From Balanoglossus misakiensis (lineage: Eukaryota > Animalia > Hemichordata): a stretch of 64,000 nucleotides of DNA. Of the stretch, positions 36,590 through 49,018 are shown piece by piece. The notes below the pieces were generated by a model, which was given only the letters and a program-made list of their open reading frames with translations, searched no databases and was not told the origin of the DNA. Position numbers and translations under genes: made by a program. The DNA lies in assembly GCA_040954595.2 (NCBI GenBank), contig CM082593.2:5845434-5909433 (forward strand), read 5' to 3'. Position 1 is the first letter of the stretch, and each line of letters begins with the position of its first letter.

Positions 36590-39500
36590 ATGACAAGCAA
36601 GACAGGTAGGTCCTTGGAAATGTTTTTATGGATCTGGTTCACTTAGTGGACACGACTATACCCCATGGCAACGATACCATGGCAATGAGGGTGAGTTAGG
36701 GTTAGGGTTAGGAGGGTCAGGGGTAGCAATGTGAGGGTGAGTTTAACCCTAACCCTAAAAAACCATGGTATCGCCCATGGGGTATAGTCGTGTCCACTAA
36801 GTGAACCAGATCCGTTTTTATTTCATAACAGTATAAAATTTTGAGCAAATTTGAAGAATTTCTACTAGAAAAAAATTCTCTCAATCTGCATGTGTAGTCA
36901 ATTTTCTTGTATCACCAAGCAATTGTTGAGTGACTGTCATGTTTGCTTTAATTGTTCACCAAACTAACTTGCATTCCAAACTTAGTGGGATTTGGACGTA
37001 AAATTTTTTTGATATAAATTTTTTCTGCTAACAGCTGCGAGGACTCTTCTGGAACCAGGCAGTCAACGACAGCAAGATGTGTTTCTGGCACTTATCAACT
37101 CATTCTTGGATGAAAATTACATGATAGGAAACGACTGGAAAGTACTGACTGTAGAGGAGTTCTTCAATGAAGAGTTTTACACCAACTACCTGAAGACCAA
37201 GAAATTACATGAAAAAGTGGACATCGTCCATGGATATGTGCCTGTTGGATTTGAAGCTCTGGTGGATGTCATTAGCAACGAAGGGAAGAGTCCTATCACA
37301 GATCTAAATCATACGTTAGGAGATGTTAGGAAAGGTGTGAACTTGGGTCTCCATGCTGATGTCTGTCTGAAGTGGGCTAATCAAAGAAAATATGAAAACG
37401 TGTGGATTGTTGTCTATAAGGTACATACAAACATCTACAAAAATTGTCTGTTTTTTATTTATTTTTTGAGAAATACATCTCAATTTTATCAAAAATTGCT
37501 CATGTTGAGTTTTATTCTGGCATACATAAACATGACCATCTTTCTCAATCTGTTACACTTATAGGTTATAAAAGGCCGGACTTTGAAAGTGCCTGCAAGG
37601 ACATCTGAAGGCTGTGAATATATTGATCCAATGCCAGAGTTTGATAATCATTGCTGTGAACGTCCACCTAGCATGTCTGATCCTTTGGAACAGCAGGTTA
37701 ATTCTTCTCAGGTATGACAATGTAGAATCTGGCCTTCTATTGTGGTCCTTTTTTATTTTCATCTAGAATGGGAAAAGCAGACAAAATGTTTCCTTTTGGC
37801 TGTGTTGATTTTTAAAAATTGTGTTTTTTTTCCCCCTACAGATATTTTTATACGAGTTTGGTGATGACAGGGAACCAGTGAACACCTTGCCAAGTCACTG
37901 CTTCCCATGGGCTATCCTTTCATTCACAAGACCAAATGCAGCTGAAGTCATAGAGAATACTCGACAATTTCAGATGTCTCCTCTCAAAAGTCCACAAGCC
38001 GCGAGAGATCACAACAGTTGCCTCTTGCCAGAAAGCAACAATCTGAATCAAGATGAAATTGCTAAGAAAACCTTGCCTTGTACTGACGATCTGAGCAAGA
38101 TGTCAGGTACAGGTAGATGGGACAGAAAGTTAAAGGATGATTCTGACCCCAGGATGAGGTCTCATGCGAAGAATTATGGTCCAATGGCTTCCAGTTCTGG
38201 AGTGGGTCAGTCCAGCTCGAACAGAAACCAATCCAATGGAATTGTAACTTTGTCAGAGAGATGGGGCCAGAGAAAACCTCACTCAACTCGATTTCCAGAC
38301 CGTGGGAGTCAGAAAGTGTCACCTTTCACAAGAGCGGAAAAAGTTCCTGCTAGAAGAGAGGGGTCTAATGCATCAAACCAGATGATGGAGGAAAACCCCT
38401 CAGTTTGCACAGAAACAGAAGAACAAAATCAATACAAGAAAGCCAGTTTCAAAGCCGAAACTAGTGAGAAAATCGTGACTGAAAGGAATGACTGTAAACT
38501 CAGGAGAGATGGTGTTGCTGTACATGAAAAGGGCTTTCAAGCAATGGAATCACTGACCTGTACAAAAGAAACCTCACATGAGACTGAGAGTGCATCCCAT
38601 GCTGGCTGTCGTGAAGTGGAAAAAGTCACGGATACACAGAAGACTAAACTAGAGAAACTCAACAGGGATATTCTCGAAAACCAGAGGAAGTTGGCCAGAG
38701 TTATGTCACAGAGGTCGAACAAAAGTCAGAATTCCCTATCATGTGCAAGAACAGATGAAATATCCACCAAGATGTCTACGTCTCTCAGTACAGATGTTGA
38801 TTCAAGAAAAAGTTGTCCAAAAATTGATGGCCCCTCACTGGATGCTGGTGCCAAGAATATAAGTGGTAATGAGGTTCGTCTTGGTCCAGCTGTGGGAAAA
38901 GAAGTGCCAATAAATATTCGGGACCCAAGATTACGAAGAAGAAGAGACAAAAATATGGGTGGAACTGGGTGTGAAGTTGAATATAAGTCATACAGAAACC
39001 AAGACCCGAAGAGATATTCAGATGGAAGCAATGCTCAGAGTGATCCAAAATTTGGCAATTATTGCGAAAGATATGCAGGGGGTAGCGGGAACAATCCTGG
39101 ACGTTACAGGCATGATAACTGGAATAGGAGACACGGTAATCATGAGAAGATTGTCTTGCAAGGAAAAGAATCGTCAGAATACTATGATCAGGATGATTCG
39201 CTGGTATTTCACGTTGAAGAAATGCTATATGGATCTAACGGTTCTATGGAAGAAGTTTTGCCTTTTCTGGAGACTACAGGATCTCCAGGGGTGGACAGGC
39301 AATATCCAGAATCGTCGAAGTCGACAAGTCCCGTTGATCCTTGGTTGTCTGAGCACGTGCTTGCAGGGATAATGGGTTGCCTTCAGCAGATGGGCAAGGT
39401 CGGTATGGGCCACCAATCGCAAGACAGTGCACCAGTGTTACGGGAGAAATTGAGATCACCAGACTTTTCCCCAGAGGAAACTCCCGGTAGCGGTGATGCA

Positions 39501-42482
39501 CCAGAAACGTGCCCCTTCACTCAGGAAGACGTGCTGCAGCTGTATCAGGACACAATACCACGAGATTCGGACATCAGCAGCCACAGTTCCACGGACAGCG
39601 CCATGTCTGAACAGACAAACGAACTGACGATTGTGAAGTTGAAATCCCAGTTGGCGCATGCAACATCTGAAGCAATGGCATCGGCTATCAAAGATGCAAT
39701 TTCCGTGCTATCTAACATGACTGAGCTGGGTCCGAAACCTGACTGTGTGCAGCCCAAAAAAATTCCACAGCATGGCAGTGGAAGCAGAGATCCCAGGCTA
39801 CAGAAAAGAGATAGAAAGGTTTCTTCAGTTGAAGATGTTAAGCCAGTGCATGTGCGTAAAAAGGTGAACTTCCATGGAAAACCACTGTTTGAAGATATAT
39901 CACCCATGAAGACACCTGTAATCCCTCTGGAATGTGGTGACGTTGAGAAACTGCGTGATCCAAGACTCAAAACCTACAGGAAAAAGAAGAAAAGTCTGAC
40001 AAAGGAAATAAAAAGTACCAATAATAGACATGCTGACAGTAAGAAGTGTGGAGGACAGTCTGACGAGAACAAATGCCAGAAGATGTCTGAGCCAGCACAT
40101 GAGAAGAGTGATCACAAAGTTGAAGATGTCAAACATTCCAAAGATCTTGACAAACCAAAGCAAGGTTCATCATTTGGCGAAGATGGAAAAACTGACTGCG
40201 AGTTTGACAGAAAAAAGAAAGAAAGTGAAGACAAGAAGTTAACTAAGCCAGGCGCCTCAACTGAGAAGGATCACCCCATTATTAGCGAGAACTCGTTAGA
40301 TTCAAGTGAAGCACATGGAGGTACCCCTGCAGTTGGAAAAGAGAAAAAATCAGGAAAGGATGTGGACAAGATAAAGAAGAAGCTGGCAGCTGCAGGAAAT
40401 ATTGCAACCACAGCAACCAGGCCTGTGTACTGTACACAAGATAAGCCGTCACACGTGAAAAAGAACAAAGATGGGCCGAAAGCAACAAGACAGGATGTCG
40501 GTACCGTCGGAATGGAAGATGCCCATGCGCCCATGGAAAAATTCATCGACATGGGGTATAGGCAACTTGTTGAACATATCGATATCAAACACCTTGAACT
40601 TGTAAGGGATCAGCTGTTAGAAACTTTGATGAAAGAGAGTGAACTCCTAGGAGAAGTGGTGCCAGGTACTTCTGCATTAGATAAGGAGTTGGATTCTATT
40701 GACTTACAGCTGAAAATATTGAATGATATTGAGCGAAGAAGAGATAAAAGAGTTCAGGGGGAGCACCTCGTCTCAAGTCTTGTTGATTATGCTGCCAGCA
40801 GTAGCAGTTGTTCGATTAATAATTCTAGTAGTCCACATAGAGATGCCTGTGATGACATTGGTACATCGGGAGGTAAAGGAATAGATCCAGCGACTGATGG
40901 AGAAGATGCCAAGGATTATAGACACAAGAAAGAAATGTCAGCTCATCAAACAGATCAAGAAAATGATTCATCTGCAGGAAAGGTTGGCAGAGGTTCCATG
41001 ACTGAGAATGGAGATATCCAACAACCAGACTGTACAACCCAGCATAATGTCACACCAAACTTGACTGAAACTATCAGTGCAGAAGAAGTGGACACCTGTG
41101 GTAAGGAGGAAAGCTTTGGTGATCCTGGAACCCCTTGTCGGGATGAGAGGTCCAACTCGTATCATGACGCTGGAATAATTTTAGATGCACATGATAAAGC
41201 AGAGTGTGAACTAACACAAGGAGATGCTGAATCCGGTGATAGTCAGAAACGTACACCAACCAAAACGGATGCCACTGGAAAGGGGAAGGAGATTGCTACT
41301 AAAGGTAAAGTCACACCAAAGAAGAAGGGGGACGTGGAAGGAAAGTGTCAAACATCCCAGAAGCAGAACACTGGGGGGAAAACGTTGAAGCGTACTCCAG
41401 CTAAAGCAAGGGTTAAATCCAAGATGAAAGGTGATAAACATGGAAGAGAGAAAACTGTATCTGAAACACGAAAGGCTGAACATCAAGGTGTCACAAAAGA
41501 GCCTCCTGACAACAAGGCAAAAAGGAGACACCTTTCTTCTGAACTAGCGAGCAAGAAGAGAAAGCAGAGTTCCAAAGGGACACGTCTGACATCGAAAATA
41601 ACCAAGACATCACACTCCAAGAGTTGTTCAAAAGCTGCTACTACAAAGGACGGTGATGAGACCTGTGCTGGTAGAAAGAGAAAAGCTGTCTCTCCTACAG
41701 AGAGGATGCGTGATGTTGAAAGAGATAAGAATGGTTTCAAGAAAGCAAGCGGGAGGGGTGAGAAACATGAGAAGAGAAGTAAACGTGTCAGTGAAATGCA
41801 AGAAAAGAAGGAAAAAGATGTGCCGCAGAGTTACAGAATGCATGAGAGTTTTTCACCCCATCATGCGAGGAAAGACCTCTTCAGCAGCTATCTACCATTT
41901 TCAGAGCAGCAAAAGAAAAAGGCAAATTGGTCAAGTTCGGAGTCTGTCTACTCAAATGACAGCCACTGTCACAGAAGTAGCGGCAGCAGGGGAAGTTCTG
42001 GAGAGAAAGGGAGATCCAGGTACAGAAAGCAGTACAGTTTCAGAGAGAGATTTCAGCGGTTTTACCATATGTCTTCAAGAAGCTCCAGTCCCGATGACTG
42101 GTACCTGCTGAAGAAGCGACTGAAGTATATGGATGACGGGGGCAGAGATAAAAGGCCTGCAAGACGAAAAGATCACGTATACAAAGAAAGTGGTGTCTCC
42201 AACAACAGCTTCGGTCACCGTAAGACAACCAGAGAGACTGCCTCGGGTCTTGGCGAAGAGTGTGCGCAGACCTGCTCAAAGTGGTACACCAGAAATATTG
42301 ACTTTCCCATGGAAGATAGTTGTCGAAGTTCAGGATACCAGGAAACTAGACAGGGGGACAGATCCCAATACAGAGGTGGATTGCAATACAAGGCCGGTAG
42401 AAAGAGGCGTTATAATGTGGACAAGCGGGATACATGGAGTGATTATTCTAGTGACAGCAGTTATTACAGCCGTCAGTTGTGA
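36590..42482 (+). CDS. TEX15/TASOR-like protein B (tandem paralogue): DUF3715 domain + ~1500-aa disordered tail, ~1729 aa
   Basis: Exons 36590-36605 (ACCATGA start; first exon less certain), 37035-37420, 37565-37711, 37842-42482, with the same intron phases and the same 147-nt third exon as gene A. LEPGSQ..SFLD..WKV..HTLGDVRKGVNLGLHADVCLKWA..VYKVIKG..DPMPEFDNH..SQIFLYEFGDDREPVNTLPSHCFPWAILSF. AATAAA near 42865. Confidence 0.85.
36630..36813. mobile_element. MITE with TTAGGG-like interior (copy 2, opposite orientation)
   Basis: Same TIR as 10613-10816; 8-bp TSD GTTTTTAT at 36622-36629 and 36814-36821. Confidence 0.9.
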
Positions 42483-43222
42483 TGGAGAAATTTCAGGTAT
42501 GGGGTCACAACTGCTGCTTGCAAAATGTTTTTTTTCTTGATGAAAGATAAATTGATGACTGACATGCATTTAGTTTAAAGTGATAAGGTGTTTTAAAACT
42601 GTTTGATATTCTTTTTGGGTGCATGCAGAATGCAGAATAAGTGCCTTATAAGTTCATATTAAAATCAAAACTTTATTTTAATGGGTTTTTGTGACAACAT
42701 AGTGTATTATATTATTTATTTCCTTTGTCTAGTATAGTTTATAACTTGAACTCAGAAAAATGATTCTGTGCTATAAAACGAGTATAGTCTGTTTTGTTTG
42801 TTATTTTCAAATGTTGTTAACATTCTTTTTGTCAAAAGTGTTCTGATTTCCAGGAGCTGAGTGTTAATAAAAGTTGAATGTATATCTAGCCGAGATGTCA
42901 CTCTACCAGAACAGGTGATGACATATTAACAACCACTACTTGCCATGATTTTATCTTGCCATTTGATCATTATTTTCACAAAGTTCAAGTGTTTTCACCC
43001 ATGTTTACATTTTTGCAGTTCTCAAAAAAAAAAAGTACTTGCCTGTAACTTGGATCTTGTTAATACCAGTTCTATTATGTAACTCTATTTCTATTTTAAC
43101 TCTGTTCTCTACCGGTATTTAAAGCCAATCAACGGAGTCATATTGTCGTTTGCATCAAAGTGGGTTTCTTTCTTTGTGTTCGTGTATAGTGAATGTGTTG
43201 AGTATACTGAGGGATGACTTAA

Positions 43223-43307
43223 CCCTTTCACCCCCAGTTCCCTCTTTAGAGGTCCAACCTTACCATAGAAAACAATGGGTGTGGACTGAACCATTGTGGC
43301 GATAGAG
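43223..43307. mobile_element. 85-bp piggyBac-type MITE (copy 2, decayed right TIR)
   Basis: TTAA-flanked, same length and nearly the same sequence as 13825-13909. Confidence 0.75.
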
Positions 43308-45305
43308 TTAAGTGGATGTAAAGCGTGGGGTTCTGAAACATTACTTTTTGGAACTCTGTTGTGGTCATAGCTCTCCAGAGCGCCCTCACAGTCATCACAA
43401 CAAAAAGTTTATATTGTTTTGCTCTGTTTTTATTATATATATTATTAAATATTTTTTCTCTTAAAACTGGCTTGTTGTTACTGTGGCTGATTGTGTTCAA
43501 GTTTTTATCTGGTACATGTACTGGGAAATGCAAGAAATGTTGACTAGTGCGTATTGTTGACCTTCGTGGTGTATAAAATGGGAATGGGTAAAGGGCAAAG
43601 GTCACACAGACGATAACATTATGGTCAAGGTTACTTTTATTCATTCCATTTATAAAATATCTGGATTAAATATATTGCAGGTCACAGTACATGAATTCTA
43701 GGAATTGTCTTTTTGTGCGTGTCGTTATGATACAAGTTTTTATGCAATTACCGGTATTTACATGAATAGTTATGGTGACATTACAAGACTTGCAGCATAC
43801 ACTGATCTTGCAAGTTTCAGTCAACAATTTGAAGATACTGACTTGTGTGTTTTCCCTAAGGGTTGGATTTTTACACGCTTGTCTGTATTCTGCCATGATT
43901 GTTGGTGATCCTGTAACTTGTGCTGAATTTTCACAAGTTATGTCTTTCGTCGGAGCCTGTACTGACTCACTAATGCATACACTATTACTCGTGAGATAGC
44001 AAAGTACCATTTATACTCTCTGGCCAATAGGCTACGTCAATCCCAATATGCACAATACACATATCAAACAAAAACCACAACAGGCAACAGGAGTTTGATT
44101 GTCATTGCAGTCTATGTACAGTTTAAATCAGTTCAACAAAATTACCAATAGAAAAAAAAATCATGATAATAGTTCTCTTCCTTTTGAAAACTAGAACACA
44201 TAATAATCAAAACATCTGCAGGAATTATTATCATACAGCATCCAAAGTTAAAATTATGAAGATTTACAAATGTACTACTTTTTTTCTCTAAAAAACCCAA
44301 AGTATTCAAAGATTTCAGTTTAACAAAAATCTATGCTGCTTAAGTAACTGCAAACGACCTTGACCTGACTGACACCAAAACTATATACCAAACCTTTAAA
44401 ACTTGAAATTATTTTTTTTTGTCAAAGGAGTTATCAGAAATTAGAAATGTACATTTAAATCATATAGTCTACTCTAGTTTCGCGTATGACATGAGATTAT
44501 GTACATGTCCCTGATAATAAACACTGAAATAGACACCTATCCCAACTAAGTGCTACACCCTGACCTTTGACCTCAAGTTTGACACAATTTTGGACATACA
44601 CTGTCTACGTTTGAAGATGAACACAAACAATCCAAATGTACACAAATATATATTCATGGTATTTCCCTGAAATCTTTCATCAAAATAAATTTGATTCAGA
44701 GTTTCGTTTATATCGTGTGGAGTCCAGTTATATTTTGAGGTATGCTGTCAAGATTTATTTCAATCATTGAGTGCAAACATGAACAAGTGTCAATTTTTGA
44801 ACAACACTGGTACAATTGTGGCACAAAACATTGTCTTGATTTCCAGAGAAACATTTAATTTTCCCAGATTTTGATTATGTACTCTGTGACTTCAAGATTG
44901 CACAAAACTAAAATTATATACCATTACCTTTATGGTTTTAGAACATTGTGTTCATAATTTTCAAGATAAACAACCCTAGAATCTACACAAATAAAACAAC
45001 AAATTTATGCACCATTTTAGGGGCAAAAATATGCACTTAGTCAAAAAGTTGTACATATATTGAATCTGGAAAAAAGGGAAGATTTGCTGGTGTTTTCTAA
45101 TGCATCATATAATCCAAGCAGTGGTTGGTGGACAAGCAAAATATCAAACTACATGAAGCTTATAGCATATGCTTAATATTTTGAAAAGAATTGGTAAATG
45201 CTAAGGGTGTACCTTCCTCTGTCTACAGTATCTATAATATAATTGCCTGTCTTCTTCGACTGAGAATGTAGAAAATAATCGCGGCCATGATTGTCCTTTT
45301 TTCCT

Positions 45306-48300
45306 TTACATGTCTTTCTTCTCTTCCACCACTAAATTCATGCCATTGTTGAAGACTTCTTTGGCACATCGTCGTGGAAACCACCCTCGGATTCTGAGCC
45401 GACTCTCTCCGTCGTTGTCGATGACCTTGTCACCATACAGCCAATACCTGTCAGATTGAAATCAGTCAAATATTAACTACTTTAAATTGCAGAATTTACA
45501 CCACAGAAGCCTGTTTTTTATAAGCTGATCTCATCATAATCTGTTGTTTTCAGACTCCTTTTGGATACACATGTATATTTCTCTTTGTTTACCGGTATCT
45601 TTTGCTTGACTTACTTTTTCCATCTAGTAACCAGTATTTTGTCTCCTTTCTTCAGAGGTATTCTGGGTTCATCTGTGCATGGGACACTCACACACGTATA
45701 AAATCCCTTGGTAATGGGGAAGACATAGCCACTGTAGTTTTCAAACGCTGTCAACTCCATCTGAGGGGGGGGGGGGGAAATTATGAAGTTTATTGTCGTG
45801 ATTGAGGATCATGTTACTATTTGACAACGTGCAAAATTATTATATACATGTGCTATAGGTAAACAGTCGCCTCTCAGCTGGTGTATTGTGATGTGGGACG
45901 TTTCAGGTGCTCTAACCTTTGGGGGCAGTGCTTTGCATTATCGCACTGATAGTTTGACTTACCGTTCTGTTTCGTTTCTCTTCTTTCTGTACCAACTGTT
46001 CAACCTGTAATGCGAAAAACAAAAATGCGTTACGTTGCCAGTGCTACGACACTTCCAAAACTTTATGACACGGTTGTCAGAGTTCAAGAACTGAACACAC
46101 TGTCGCAAGAAAGATATCTCACTCACTGTTAGTGTGTACTGGTGGCATCCCTCAACTACCGGCCATGTGATGCCATCACCGCGAGGACAAGCCTCCCAAG
46201 TGAAGATTTCTTTCAGGTTCTGTTTCCAGCCCAAGTGGTAGGGATAAACAAACTCATCTTCCCTGGGTCTATCAGCCTGCAATCAATATAGCAACAGAAA
46301 CACACATCAGAAATACTTCCAAAATTGAGCAAATACATGGTGGTGAAATGGTTAAAAGGAATGAAATTTAACAAATTAAGTTGAATGCCATTTAAACCTA
46401 ATATACACTTTACACAATTCAAGTATAATTTCTTTGAAATGACTTACTTTTTCAATAATCCAAGTTTCAATACCTGTTTCATTCTTCCATATACTTCTGA
46501 CCTGTGTTGGGAAAAGTTGGACTTTGATCAAGGTTTAGTACAGCTATTGGCGATAGCAACCACTCTATTGCATACATACACTTCTATGACTATATTCTGT
46601 GTGTATCAATACATGTACTAGTATATCCCACCTGTGTAATGAACAGAAATCCAACGGATAACGTCACTCCAATGGCCATTCCCAACGCAAAGAACGTCAA
46701 CAGGAAAGAATACACTGTGAAGGTCAACCAGGCTTTGGCTGCCACAGCGTGATAGAGATATCGGCTCTGAGAAAAAAAAATCAAAAGGCAAATTATTACA
46801 GACAAGAACAGTTAGTAAAATAGAACATGGTCATTTTGGGGGAAAAAATGATTATTTTCTGAAAATTGCCTAAGAGAACCAACCAAAATGATATACAAGC
46901 TATATCATGGAATATTCTCTCGTCAAACTACAATGTATGCAAGACTATAATGCTTTCACCTGCATATCTGACCTTATCAATATCTACTATAAAAAATTCA
47001 TATTTTCATTCCAGGAGGCAACATATTGTGTCAGAAACTGCCTTGTCATCACTTTCTCACTGCTATTCCGCATTCTAGTATTAATTTCCAGGTGATGAAT
47101 TCACTTGTATAAATAATAGATGATGATTTCCTTTACGGGCACTGTTCAAAAGAGTGTCACTTTCCCCCATATACGATTATATTAGGAGTGTTTCTTTTAT
47201 TAGTTCCTTAAAAAATCATTTTTCATTCTGGGTTGCAAAGGTGACATTTAGCTGATGGCAGAGAAAATCTATGTCTTGAATAATGTTGAATAATTAATCA
47301 TATTCTAGTAATATCTGCTAATTCTATTTGAATAACAACACGATTGTCATCATCAGTGTTCCCTTGTGGCAATTGAGAGACAACAGGGGTAGCTAAATTA
47401 CCATTACCATCAATCACACACTTGAAGATGACAACATCATTTCCTGTCCATAATTGGATATTTTTTCAATTATATTTTTTTCCTTCTGATTCATTCTGAA
47501 ATAACATTAACAGAATGGAGTCGTAGGTTATCTGGAGGTCAGAGTTCAAAGGGCTATGTCATAGACAGTTACGACCAAGACAGCAAACTTGCACTTCATT
47601 TTATCTAACCTGCACATTGAAAATTAAATTTTACTGGAAATGTAAAATAATCTAACCTTGTACAATTGATTGTAGATTGTGAGTACGAAAATGACAGCTC
47701 CGTGGAGACAACCAATCGGCGCAAAAAACAGGAAATAGATGAACCTCGTGTGATTGGTGTGACCACAGCATGTGTTGATCCAGGGGCAGTGGTGATCCAT
47801 CTTCATCACGCATCTGAAAAATAAATACAAAATTTATTAATCCACCTTCTGCCATAAATGAGTTTGTATCACACAGTGCAATGACATATTCTCCTGTCTC
47901 CATGGATACTAGAAATGGCGACCACTTACCTACCACACTTCCTGCAGTGGTGCGATCTGGGTGCTTTGTAACCTTTACAAATCTTACAATATTGTAAATA
48001 TTTACACTCTTCTGGGTTGTCCTGTAATCAAAATAAATCGACATAATCAGCACTTATTACATGTAATCACTTGTAAAAATTAATTTCAACAGATGCTGGG
48101 GAACGAGGTACTGTGTAAACCATGACTGTTATTAACTTTGATCAGTTTCTAGAATTTGTGAATCTCTTCCGATTCTGGCAGAAACATCTGATCGCCTGTG
48201 CACATACAAGTTTGTTTAATAATTGGGAGTGTTTCTACAGCTGGTTCTTTGAAGTTCAATTACTTTTCAGGAAAGGACCTTTGCTAATCACTACCCTGGA

Positions 48301-49018
48301 CTCATATAATACAATGTCAGAGAATGACAAATACATTCCAGTAAAACCTGACAACGTGAGCACATTTCTCATCCCACATGTCGCCAAGTTTTCAAGGTGA
48401 TTAATTATCGACTTCTCAATAATGGTCAACTCGAGAGCGGCAGCTGCTTGCATTATACACTTGGATGAACAAACAGGCCAAGTACTGTGTGTGTTAGCCC
48501 TGCGTATAGATCTGTGTGTAACGCTGGGAACACACAGACCTGTACGCAGGGCTATGTGTGTGTGCACAACATGTAGCAAATGATGCACTAATGATGACTG
48601 AATCTTAATTTCTTAAATTCCTCTTGCCAATATTGAATGCTTTTCAAATTTGTCCTGTGCAGACAGGTTTTCACATGTCAGACTCAAAGATATTTTTCAT
48701 CGTGTCAATCGAAAAAAACTGGTTCATGTGAGGGCTTCCGGTGGTCTAGATCACTCAAACTATTTTCTACTAACTTACTGGTTTCCATCCCAATGGCACA
48801 AAGCCTGGTCCGATGAAAGCCGCTTTGAAGAAGTTATGCAATATGAGGAACAGCCACAGAAAGAGCGTGGACATGTGTAATATACTGCCGATGTCGTCCA
48901 GCGCCGGGGGCCACCATATTGACGAGCACAGGACTGCCCAAATGGTTTCGAATCCTATGATAAACAGAGCCAGCAACGGTCCCCAGTGTATAAGTTGTTT
49001 TGCTTTTGAAAGCTGCAT
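45306..49018 (-). CDS. ZDHHC6: Palmitoyltransferase ZDHHC6 (DHHC domain + C-terminal SH3-like domain), ~385 aa
   Basis: Exons (-): 49018-48779, 48021-47930, 47813-47657, 46766-46632, 46501-46448, 46276-46127, 46004-45963, 45760-45615, 45447-45306 (1158 nt). [98 protein letters not shown]; ends KKDM* (KKxx ER-retrieval motif). Confidence 0.95.

Noticed and set aside
37226-37240. 'HG' in gene B (VHGYVP) as a restored PARP catalytic His-Gly
   Set aside because: By alignment with gene A (YAFMF) and TASOR (YAFLM) it sits about three residues before the catalytic-His position, and the Tyr and Glu positions are also substituted.
26827-42569. Numerous antisense and off-frame ORFs over the giant exons
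   Set aside because: Shadow ORFs expected from the biased composition of long K/E/S/D-rich reading frames.
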